Positions 18,992 to 27,650 of a stretch of 64,000 bases of DNA are shown here, one piece after another. Numbering within the stretch: position 1 is the first letter of the stretch; every line of letters starts with the position of its first letter. The notes under the pieces are model-generated. The model ran no database searches, was not told where the DNA came from, and saw only the letters and a program-made list of their open reading frames with translations. Position numbers and translations under genes: made by a program. The stretch is from a bacterium (GTDB lineage Bacteria; UBA10199; 2-02-FULL-44-16; JAAZCA01), in NCBI GenBank assembly GCA_963674695.2, contig CAXXGI010000003.1:384001-448000 (forward strand), written 5' to 3'.

Positions 18992-20749
18992 ATGAGTGGA
19001 ATCGCGACAGCGCTGAGCAACGCCTATTTCGGAGCTCCCATGTTTTCCCTGCCGGATGCGGCGGATGCATTTGGGATGCGTCTGGATGCTTCGGCTTCAG
19101 ATATATCGGTGGGGCACTCTTTTGATTCTCAGTTTCAGGGCGATGCGTTTGAGGGAGAATCTCAATCCGTTATGACAGCGGTCAAAGAAAGGCCCGATAC
19201 TGCCTCGCTCAAATTCCTTTGTGCTCCGCGCGAACACCACGCGATGGTGGTGAAAAAACAAGGTCAGCCGGTTTCGTTGCCGGATCCAATGGCGGTGAGG
19301 GTTAATGACTTTCCTGAATCGAAAAAGGAGAGGCGCAATTACATCGCGTTTGATGGTAAGGGTCATATCATTGGTGGTGCTAACTTTGCTGTGCTCTGGT
19401 GCTTGGCTGGTTCTATGATGTTGTCAGTTGAAGTGGATGGCGATGATGCATTTCGGAATGCCTGGCCCTATGTTATGCTTGGTGGAAATGTTGCGGCCCA
19501 CATGTTGTTTGCGTTAGTAAACAGTCTCCTAACACATCAGCGGAATTGGGTGCAGCTGTTGGGGAAGACGGTAACACGGTCTAGGCACACCGCGCTACAT
19601 GAACAGCATGCGATGAACGATGTCTCCTCGCATCCGATTATGGAACAAGTCCTCGGCAGCGACATCTCCCAAAAGGAATATCTTAGTGCGCTATCCGTAA
19701 ATCTGCACGAGTGGAACACACTCAATCCCGTCGAGCAGGGCACCTATCTGCGCGCCGATCGACGAAGCGGTCTCGATGTTCAAGAGGAACCCATCGTTCT
19801 GCAATCGCATGGCACTCCCGTCTCTGTCGGTTTTCATCTTCGGCGTTTGCTCGAACGCTTCCACGGACTGGGTGACGTGGGTGCGCAACAGGAGTTAAAA
19901 GAGGCGAGTTCAGAGTTGAAAAAGTGGCATGAAGACTATCGCGTCGGATTGGAAGCGAGGGGCAACGACGACACGGACTTTCGAACGAACGATACCCAAA
20001 TCCCCGAAATGGCGATTGGCGTCAAACTCGCCGACATCCCCACTGCACAGCGTGCGCTGCGGGGCGTGTCTAGAAAGCAATATGAGAGGATGATCAAAGG
20101 TATCATTAAGCAATGGGAAACGCTCAATCCGATCCAGCGCGGAACGCTGCACATCGCCGATCGCCTCATGGGGATTGCAATGGAGGAGCATAGCATCGAT
20201 CTCTCACCGAACTGGTGGACGATATCGCCCAGTTTTGTGGTGAAAGAGATGGTCGAGCGTCTCGGGATGAAAGATGTGTTCACAGATGGTGCGCCCTCCG
20301 ATTCGGCTCTGTGGTATCGGCGCTATAGCGAGTGTTGGGCTCGGGCGGCAACGCATCCCATCGATGTGACGGTGAAGAAGGGCGTTGATTCGTTGTCCGC
20401 CATTTCTGTCCACCTTTTGCAGATTCCTGAAATCCGCCGCGCGCTTCTGAATGTTTCGATGAAGGAGTACCGAACGGTAGTTAGTACCATTGTAGGCGAT
20501 TGGTCCGGAATGAACGTAATCGCCAGGAAATCTCATCTAAATGCGGACCGGAAAAGCGGTTTTCTCTCTGACATCGACCAAATGAATGTTGTTTCCCCCG
20601 GCTTCATCGCGCAGCGTTTCTGCGAGCGCTATCTTGGGATCGGTGAGAATGCTGTGCGCAAACAGTTCAAACTCGATGCCAAGGTCCGCAAGGATCTGGA
20701 GAGCTGGTACACCTCGTACCTGTCCAAACTGAATGGAGGGAACACGTGA
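18992..20749 (+). CDS. Family-X protein 5
   Basis: AGGAGG RBS before ATG 18992 (MSGIATALSNAY); family motifs. Confidence 0.85.
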   Translation: MSGIATALSNAYFGAPMFSLPDAADAFGMRLDASASDISVGHSFDSQFQGDAFEGESQSVMTAVKERPDTASLKFLCAPREHHAMVVKKQGQPVSLPDPMAVRVNDFPESKKERRNYIAFDGKGHIIGGANFAVLWCLAGSMMLSVEVDGDDAFRNAWPYVMLGGNVAAHMLFALVNSLLTHQRNWVQLLGKTVTRSRHTALHEQHAMNDVSSHPIMEQVLGSDISQKEYLSALSVNLHEWNTLNPVEQGTYLRADRRSGLDVQEEPIVLQSHGTPVSVGFHLRRLLERFHGLGDVGAQQELKEASSELKKWHEDYRVGLEARGNDDTDFRTNDTQIPEMAIGVKLADIPTAQRALRGVSRKQYERMIKGIIKQWETLNPIQRGTLHIADRLMGIAMEEHSIDLSPNWWTISPSFVVKEMVERLGMKDVFTDGAPSDSALWYRRYSECWARAATHPIDVTVKKGVDSLSAISVHLLQIPEIRRALLNVSMKEYRTVVSTIVGDWSGMNVIARKSHLNADRKSGFLSDIDQMNVVSPGFIAQRFCERYLGIGENAVRKQFKLDAKVRKDLESWYTSYLSKLNGGNT

Positions 20750-22410
20750 GCGGAATCGCGATAGCGCTGAGTAACGCCTATTTCGGAGCTCCCATGTTTT
20801 CCCTGCCGGATGCGGCGGATGCATTAGCGATGGGTGTGAGCATTTCTGCTGGGGATAGAGGGACGGATCAGTCCTATGTTTCCGAGCCTCAGGCCGATGT
20901 GTTTGAGATGGAAGCGAGCCATGCTCCGGTGGTAGAAATATCGATGAAGCGTGCGGATGCGAGTGCCTCCGACGAAACGGCGCTTTCTTTGCCGTATGTA
21001 CGGGTTGGAAATCTAACGCAACCGCAAAAGGTTTGGAAACCGCCGCGATGGACGTGGAATCCGCTTAGGTTGGAAGGGAGTGTAGAATCAACAAATGGGA
21101 TTGCTATGCTCGGGAGTACGTTGACTGTAGCGTCTTGCTTCATTGCTGAAGAGATGTTGCCAGGGCATGGTCTCTACGTATTATTAGGGGGAATGCTTTG
21201 TACGCTGGGTATTATCAAGGCGGTAGATTACGGGGCACAGTGGAAGCATTCTGTTGACGAATGCCTTCATGAGGTGACGGCTCGCTTGGATCAGGATGAT
21301 GTGGCCAGGATCGCGTTGGGCGACGATGCCATCTCTGATCGCGATTATCGTCGAGCGCTCGGGCAGATTGCTCGTGATTGGATGGCGCTCAACCCCGTGG
21401 ATCAGGCCGCCTACCTGCGGGCCGATCGTTTGAGTGCGCGTGGCCAGGCGCAGGGTGCGATTATCGTGAACAGACAAAAGACGCCGATCTCGACAGGATT
21501 CGCCCTGTTGTACCTGCTCGAACGCTTCCATGGCATGGGCGAGATGGGCGCGCAGCAGGAGATGCATCATTCGTCTCCAATGCTGGAACAATGGAATAAG
21601 GACTACCGATCACAACTCGTGAAGGGAACGGGTGGGGAGACAAAGCTCATATTCAAGACGGAGGATTCCGCTGTTCCCGAAGTGCACATGGCGGTGAAGC
21701 TCGCTGCCATCCCCGCCGCGCGAAGGGCGCTGCGGGGTGTTCCGCGGAAACAGTATGAACGCATGGTGAAGGATGCCATGGCGGAATGGAAAGTGCTCAA
21801 TCCGGTTCGACGTGGCATGGCACACATTGCCGATCGACTCATGGAAAATGTGGGGTCGGACGTTGCGATCGATCTCTCTGCGAATTGGTGGGCGATTGCT
21901 CCTGGATTTGTCCTGAAGGGAATGATTGAGCGCCTGGGAATGACGGATGTGTTCACGGATGGCACTTCACATGATCCCGCTGCATGGTATGCGCGCTATC
22001 GCAAGGAACGTGTTCGTGCGTCGAGTATGCCCCTGTCGATAAAGGGCACCCTGACGGGCGATGCCAAACAGGCGGTTTCGGTTGAACTGATGAAGATTCC
22101 GCAGGTTCGCAGAGCGGTAGCTGCGATTTCGGGAAAGGCATATGACAGGGCGCTGCAAACGCTCGCACAGGAATGGAAAAGGCACAACCCGATTGCAAAA
22201 GCTCGATATGTCGCTTTGGACCGATCGCAGGGGTTGCATGCAAGGGACGATGTTTCCCCCGGCTTCATCGCGCAGCGTTTCTGCGAGCGCTATCTGGGTA
22301 TGGGTGAGAAAGCTGCGCGCGAGCGGTTCAAGCTCGATGCCAAGGTCCGCGACGAGCTGGAGATTTGGTATACATCATATCTGAATGCGCTGAATGGAGG
22401 TAAGGAATGA
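20746..22410 (+). CDS. Family-X protein 6
   Basis: GTGA overlap; family motifs. Confidence 0.85.
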   Translation: MSGIAIALSNAYFGAPMFSLPDAADALAMGVSISAGDRGTDQSYVSEPQADVFEMEASHAPVVEISMKRADASASDETALSLPYVRVGNLTQPQKVWKPPRWTWNPLRLEGSVESTNGIAMLGSTLTVASCFIAEEMLPGHGLYVLLGGMLCTLGIIKAVDYGAQWKHSVDECLHEVTARLDQDDVARIALGDDAISDRDYRRALGQIARDWMALNPVDQAAYLRADRLSARGQAQGAIIVNRQKTPISTGFALLYLLERFHGMGEMGAQQEMHHSSPMLEQWNKDYRSQLVKGTGGETKLIFKTEDSAVPEVHMAVKLAAIPAARRALRGVPRKQYERMVKDAMAEWKVLNPVRRGMAHIADRLMENVGSDVAIDLSANWWAIAPGFVLKGMIERLGMTDVFTDGTSHDPAAWYARYRKERVRASSMPLSIKGTLTGDAKQAVSVELMKIPQVRRAVAAISGKAYDRALQTLAQEWKRHNPIAKARYVALDRSQGLHARDDVSPGFIAQRFCERYLGMGEKAARERFKLDAKVRDELEIWYTSYLNALNGGKE

Positions 22411-24068
22411 GCGGAATCGCGACAACGTTGAATAATGCTTATGTCGGAATGCCGATGTTTGCGCTGCCGGATGCGGCGGATGAATTTGCGATGGATGGGA
22501 GCATTTCTGCTGGGGATAGAGGGACGGATCAGTCCCATGTTTCCGAGCCTCAGGCCGATGTGTTTGAGATGGAAGCGAGCCTTGCTCCGGTGGTAGAAAG
22601 ATCGATGACGCATGCGGATGCGAGTGCCTCCGACGAAATGGGGCTTTCTTTGCCGCAGGTGCGGGTTGGAAATCTGACACAGCCGCAAAAGGTCTGGAAA
22701 CCGCCGCGATGGACGTGGAATCCGCTTAGGTTGCAAGGGAGTGTAGAATCAACAAATGGGATTGCTATGCTCGGGGGTACGTTGACTGTAGCGTCTTGTT
22801 TCATTGCTGAAGAGATGTTTCCAGGGCATGGTCTCTACGCATTATTAGGGGGAATGTTTTGTACGCTGGGTATTGTCAAGGCGGTAGATCACGGGGCACA
22901 GCGGAAGCATTCTGTTGACGAATGCCTTCATGAGGTGACGGCTCGCTTGGGCAAGGATGCCGTGGCCAGGCTTGCTTTGGGAAATGATGCCATCTCTGAT
23001 CGCGATTATCGTCGAGCGCTCGGGCAGATTGCTCGTGATTGGATGGCGCTCAACCCCGTGGATCAGGCCGCCTACCTGCGGGCCGATCGTTTGAGCGCGC
23101 GATGCCAACTGGAGGGCCCGATTGTTGTGAACAAGCAAAAAACGCCGATCTCGACGGGATTCGCCCTGTTGTACCTGCTCGAACGCTTCCATGGCATGGG
23201 CGAGATGGGCGCGCAGCAGGAGATGCATCATTCGTCTCCAATGCTGGAACAATGGAATAAGGACTACCGAGCGACACTCAAGAATGGAACGGGTGGAAAG
23301 ACGAAGCTCATATTCAAGACGGAGGATTCCGATGTTCCCGAAGTGCACATGGCGGTGAAGCTCGCCGCTATCCCCGCCGCGCGAAGGGCGCTGCTGGGCG
23401 TTTCGCGGAAACAGTATGAACGCATGGTGAAGGATGCCATGGCGGAATGGAAAGTGCTCAATCCGGTTCGACGTGGCATGGCACACATTGCCGATCGACT
23501 CATGGAAAATGTGGGGTCGGACGTTGCGATCGATCTCTCTGCGAATTGGTGGGCGATTGCTCCTGGATTTGTCCTGAAGGGAATGATTGAGCGCCTGGGA
23601 ATGACGGATGTGTTCACGGATGGCACTGAGCACGATCCGGCTGTATGGTATCAACGATATCTCAATGCGGAATCGGCTCGACCACTGAAGGTTTCAATCG
23701 CAAAGACGATGGATGTCCAGCAAACCGTTGCGGGCCTGTTGTTGGGAATTCCGCAAGTGCGCCAGGCGCTTAAAACGCTTTCGGGTACGACCTATGATAA
23801 AGCTCTGCGTGAACTCGTACGGGAATGGAACGGACAGCACTCGCGCGCCAAGGCGCGATACCTCTCCCACGATCGCTTGCAGGGATTTATAGACAACAAG
23901 ACGGGTACGATCTCCCCCGGCTTCATCGTCCATCGCTTCTGCGAGCGCTATATAGGGATCGGTGAGAATGCTGTGCGCAAACAGTTCAAACTCGATGCCA
24001 AGGTCCGCGACGAGCTGGAGACCTGGTATCGCTCCTATATCAACGCACTGAATGGAGGCACAAAATGA
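22407..24068 (+). CDS. Family-X protein 7
   Basis: ATGA overlap; near-identical to X6 until ~23627. Confidence 0.85.
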   Translation: MSGIATTLNNAYVGMPMFALPDAADEFAMDGSISAGDRGTDQSHVSEPQADVFEMEASLAPVVERSMTHADASASDEMGLSLPQVRVGNLTQPQKVWKPPRWTWNPLRLQGSVESTNGIAMLGGTLTVASCFIAEEMFPGHGLYALLGGMFCTLGIVKAVDHGAQRKHSVDECLHEVTARLGKDAVARLALGNDAISDRDYRRALGQIARDWMALNPVDQAAYLRADRLSARCQLEGPIVVNKQKTPISTGFALLYLLERFHGMGEMGAQQEMHHSSPMLEQWNKDYRATLKNGTGGKTKLIFKTEDSDVPEVHMAVKLAAIPAARRALLGVSRKQYERMVKDAMAEWKVLNPVRRGMAHIADRLMENVGSDVAIDLSANWWAIAPGFVLKGMIERLGMTDVFTDGTEHDPAVWYQRYLNAESARPLKVSIAKTMDVQQTVAGLLLGIPQVRQALKTLSGTTYDKALRELVREWNGQHSRAKARYLSHDRLQGFIDNKTGTISPGFIVHRFCERYIGIGENAVRKQFKLDAKVRDELETWYRSYINALNGGTK

Positions 24069-24568
24069 GTGAAGTGACGCAATCATGTGAGTGTTATGTG
24101 GATCTGACCAAGGCGTATCACACCGCTCAAATGGCGCCGGCGGCATCCATGAGGCGCAGCGAAGAAGAGGATATTCGTGAGCAATTCGAAGCGAATCCCC
24201 CTTCGGATGAATGTAAGGAACAGCTGCGAGCGCTCTTGCAGAATAGTTCCATCACATTTGATCCATCGGATGTGAGTGTATTCTATTCTCGATTTGGTGT
24301 GCGTGGTTGGTGTGAAAAAAGAGTCGAGAATCGGTATGGGAATTCAACGGCTCGCGAGGGAACCTATACCGTGTATAGAGGAACCGTCTGCGACGATCGC
24401 TATACCGACGATCTTTCGATCGTTCAAGATCTTCTGGTCGAGCGAGACCAGGCATTTGAAGAGAATATGCGAACATACCTTCAGACCAACGAGCTCCCCG
24501 TTGGCCATATGCTCTCACGAATGGTCGAGGATATGGGCGATTACCTTCGCTTCATGTTCTCGTTTTAA
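24065..24568 (+). CDS. Hypothetical protein closing the third operon
   Basis: ATGA overlap with X7; 167 aa with 5 Cys. Confidence 0.7.
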   Translation: MSEVTQSCECYVDLTKAYHTAQMAPAASMRRSEEEDIREQFEANPPSDECKEQLRALLQNSSITFDPSDVSVFYSRFGVRGWCEKRVENRYGNSTAREGTYTVYRGTVCDDRYTDDLSIVQDLLVERDQAFEENMRTYLQTNELPVGHMLSRMVEDMGDYLRFMFSF

Positions 24569-24602
24569 TTTTGGGCACATCTAAAAGCTACAATTATTCG
24601 CA

Positions 24603-24672
24603 TTGTCATTCTGAGTGAAGCGAAGAATCTCATGTAAACACGGGGATTCTTCGCTTCACTCAGAATGACAAT
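24603..24672. repeat. REP-like inverted pair (gtcattctgagtgaagcgaagaatc type)
   Basis: Long IR; related copies at ~29808-29889 and ~38329. Confidence 0.8.
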
Positions 24673-24701
24673 TCCGAAACAATCGAGTTTATAGAGCTAC
24701 C

Positions 24702-25082
24702 CTATATTCGAATGACTTGCTTTGAAGGGAAGATGCTAAAATCGAATTGTTCAAGGAAGTTCATTTCGATAAGGCCTTCAACGCCCTGTTCCAACAGGGA
24801 ATGGCATGCCACTTCGAAATCGACGAGCCGTTTTCCGAGCGTTTCAAAAGACGCAACTCGAATGCGAAATCCCTCTTCCTTTCCTGCAGCAGATGTGACG
24901 CGAGAGGGCGATGTGGCGTTGGCGGATGAATACCCAATTGTTTCGGCGATACGATGATCGACGATGGTAAGGGAGGCGCCTGTGTCGAGTACAAACCGTG
25001 CCCGAACCACGCCTGATAAGCTGTGCAGCTTGACCGGTACGATAATGAGTCGTTTGTCTACGCTGTATGGGAGATCTGCCAT
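24702..25082 (-). CDS. Retropepsin-like (clan AA) aspartyl protease
   Basis: FVLDTGASLT catalytic motif; C-terminal GLIEMNFL. Confidence 0.85.
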   Translation of the reverse strand: MADLPYSVDKRLIIVPVKLHSLSGVVRARFVLDTGASLTIVDHRIAETIGYSSANATSPSRVTSAAGKEEGFRIRVASFETLGKRLVDFEVACHSLLEQGVEGLIEMNFLEQFDFSIFPSKQVIRI

Positions 25083-25312
25083 AGGAGGGGGATGTCAGGA
25101 TTTTTGATACGGGCACCGGTGAATTCCATCGCGACATCACCATGCTTCATGACCAGTTTTTTGAGTTCTTTATAGAAGAGGTCCTTGTCATTTGCGTGGT
25201 AGACGACATCCCCATCGACACCACCACTTTCATTGGAGGTGTATTGAACGACGGCTACCCATTCATCCGGATACGCCTGTTTCATCTCTTCCCACGTCAT
25301 GTGCTGTCCCAT
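25058..25312 (-). CDS. Small protein (DUF5678-like), partner of the aspartyl protease
   Basis: MTWEEMKQAYPDEWVAV pattern; overlaps the protease start. Confidence 0.6.
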   Translation of the reverse strand: MGQHMTWEEMKQAYPDEWVAVVQYTSNESGGVDGDVVYHANDKDLFYKELKKLVMKHGDVAMEFTGARIKNPDIPLLWQISHTA

Positions 25313-25394
25313 GTGGATCTCCCTGTCGAGCTTCTTCGATAGTAGGCCATGGGTCGTTCACTATCCAAGAAATATTTTGGAGTTCCCAGTCGTT

Positions 25395-25636
25395 TACTGC
25401 CCTCCTGCCTGCCGCGACCGCTTTTCCCGAGGAGCCTAAAGATCTCTTGAAGACATCGTCTGGTAGTGTGTTTGTAGGGGATATCTTCTTTCGTTGCGAT
25501 CGAAGCCCCTGATGCTGCGACGAAAGAAGCAAAGCCGTCGAGGCGGCGTTTGAGCCGAGACGGCGGTCCCCGTAAAACACACTGCCGGACGATGTCTCAC
25601 TTTCACGACGAAGGGAAAGCGGTCGCGGCAGGCAGT
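25395..25636. repeat. Structured element copy 3 (inverted, diverged, compensatory changes)
   Basis: Reverse complement aligns to 1475-1615 with its stems conserved. Confidence 0.75.
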
Positions 25637-25716
25637 CGTCCGGCCTGCAGTTGTTTGGTCTGCAGTCATCCTGCTTCCTTGTCTTTGCCCGCATTTCCCG
25701 GCATAATGCCGTCATC

Positions 25717-26616
25717 ATGCCGCATGTGATCGATCAACACATCGATTCCTATCTCACCCACCTGCGTGTGGAGCGTCAGCTCTCGGCCAATACGCTGGAG
25801 GCCTATGCGCGCGACCTGCGGCGCTTTGCGGCGTATGCGGTCGGAAAGGGGAAGGGGGAAACGGGCGCGGTTCGCGAGGAGGACGTGCTCGCGTTTCTCG
25901 TGACGTTGCATGAGGCCCATCTCAGTTCCCGGTCGGTCACGCGCACGCTCGTGACGCTGCGCGGTTTTTTTTCGCACCTGACCCGGGAGAGGATTCTCAA
26001 GAAGGATCCGACCGCGCAGATCGAGTTCCCCGGGCGCTGGAAGAAGCTGCCGCATGTCCTCAATATCCAGCAGGTCGACGAGCTCTTGGCGGCGCCCGAC
26101 CGGCGCACGGTTCTGGGGATGCGCGATCATGCCATTTTGCAGCTCTTCTATGCCTCCGGGCTTCGGATCTCCGAGATGAGCGGTCTCACCACCGACCGCA
26201 TCAACCTCCAACAGGGCTTTTGCCGTCCGTTGGGGAAGGGGAACAAGGAGCGCGTCGTGCCGGTCGGACGCGTGGCGATCGAGGCGATAAACGAATATCT
26301 GGCGGAGTCGCGGCCGCAGCTCGCGTGCAAGCGTATCACCGACGATCTCTTCCTCTCCCAGCGCGGAACGGGTATCTCGCGCCAGCGGCTCTGGGACCTG
26401 ATCAAGGGGTATGCGCGACGGGCCGGGATTGTCATCAATGTCACGCCGCACATGCTGCGGCACTCCTTTGCCACTCACCTCATCGAGGGCGGCGCCGATC
26501 TGCGCGTCGTTCAGGCCATGCTCGGGCATGCCGACGTCGCCACCACCCAGATCTACACGCACGTCTCCCAGGCGCACCTGCAGAAGCTCTACAAGCAGTT
26601 CCATCCGAGGGGGTAG
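25717..26616 (+). CDS. xerD: Tyrosine recombinase XerD
   Basis: LSANTLEAYARDL, SGLRISE, GKGNKER, TPHMLRHSFATHL, LGHADVATTQIYTHV, FHPR. Confidence 0.92.
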   Translation: MPHVIDQHIDSYLTHLRVERQLSANTLEAYARDLRRFAAYAVGKGKGETGAVREEDVLAFLVTLHEAHLSSRSVTRTLVTLRGFFSHLTRERILKKDPTAQIEFPGRWKKLPHVLNIQQVDELLAAPDRRTVLGMRDHAILQLFYASGLRISEMSGLTTDRINLQQGFCRPLGKGNKERVVPVGRVAIEAINEYLAESRPQLACKRITDDLFLSQRGTGISRQRLWDLIKGYARRAGIVINVTPHMLRHSFATHLIEGGADLRVVQAMLGHADVATTQIYTHVSQAHLQKLYKQFHPRG

Positions 26617-26628
26617 GGCGTGATAAGG

Positions 26629-26699
26629 TGTCATTCCCGCGAAAGCGGGAATCTCGCTTGTCATGGCGAATCGAGATCCCCGCGTTCGCGGGGATGACA
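26629..26699. repeat. REP-like palindrome pair (gtcattcccgcgaaagcgggaatc family)
   Basis: Similar pairs at ~28702, 33217, 51822, 55229, 56558. Confidence 0.85.
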
Positions 26700-26809
26700 C
26701 AAGCCAAGACTCATTTTTGTTTTAGAGGGTTATGGTCAAATATCGACACAGCCTAGATTCTCGATCAAAAGTTTGACTTTACTACCCTTTTTCAATAGTC
26801 CAGCCCGCT

Positions 26810-27481
26810 ATGCAGAGCCGTATTATCGACCTCATCCTCTTTTATCCGCTCTTCCTCTTTTCGCTCTCCTTTCATGAGGCGGCGCATGGGCTGGTGGCGG
26901 AGAAGTTCGGCGACAACACCGCGCGCCTGATGGGGCGGGTGAGCTTGTCGCCCTTTCCCCATATCGACCCGATCGGAACGGTTCTGTTGCCGATTGTGGG
27001 GATCCTGACCGGCGCTCCGGTCATCGGATGGGGCAAACCCGTGCCCGTGAACCCCTATCGGCTCAAAGGGGACATCCGGCGTTCCTCCCTCTGGGTGGCC
27101 GCCTTCGGGCCGATGAGCAACATGCTGCTCGCCGTCGGTTTTGCGATCCTCACGCACATCCTGGTCTGGCTGCTGCCCAGCCTCCCGCAGGCGTGGTTTG
27201 TGCCGGGCAGCGCTGCCGTGAACGTGATCGGGGGGATCTTCAAGATCTGCCAGATGGGGGTCATCCTCAACCTCGTGCTGGCCTTCTTCAATCTGATTCC
27301 GCTGCCGCCCCTGGACGGCGGGACGGTTTTGAGAGGCCTGTTGCCCGAATCAAGCCTTCAAGCGTTTGATTCATTTTCACGCTATGGGTTCGTGATTCTG
27401 CTTGTTTTGTTCGTTACGGGATTGTTAAAGTATCTCCTCATCCCGGTCTTCATGATTGCCGGGATCCTGTTGCCCACATAG
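26810..27481 (+). CDS. Site-2 protease (M50 family)
   Basis: HEAAH, GP.SN and NLIPLPPLDGG motifs. Confidence 0.92.
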   Translation: MQSRIIDLILFYPLFLFSLSFHEAAHGLVAEKFGDNTARLMGRVSLSPFPHIDPIGTVLLPIVGILTGAPVIGWGKPVPVNPYRLKGDIRRSSLWVAAFGPMSNMLLAVGFAILTHILVWLLPSLPQAWFVPGSAAVNVIGGIFKICQMGVILNLVLAFFNLIPLPPLDGGTVLRGLLPESSLQAFDSFSRYGFVILLVLFVTGLLKYLLIPVFMIAGILLPT

Positions 27482-27485
27482 AGGT

Positions 27486-27609
27486 TGTCGGGAAAAGAGT
27501 TTTTGTTGTCATTCCCGAGGAATCGGGAATCTCGAAGTACTTGAAAAATCGAGATTCCCGATTCCTCGGGAATGACAACAACCGGTGAAATCGCCTTTTC
27601 CCGACAGGT
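27486..27609. repeat. Composite REPIN/MITE-like element (TGTCGG...CCGACA ends around a REP pair)
   Basis: Copies at 29649-29773, 37229-37351 and 48626-48752 (inverted). Confidence 0.85.
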
Positions 27610-27650
27610 TCTCCAGAAGAGGTTTATGGTTGCGAAAGGTGAGGATGTGC

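Noticed and set aside
4417-24068. Diversity-generating retroelement or shufflon driving X variation
   Set aside because: No reverse transcriptase, no adenine-specific TR/VR pair noticed, and no inverted cassettes; all X genes are full-length and co-oriented
25717-26616. Integrase of an island carrying the X array
   Set aside because: The sequence is canonical XerD in a housekeeping xerD-S2P-trpS-scpAB-rluB context; no att repeats seen
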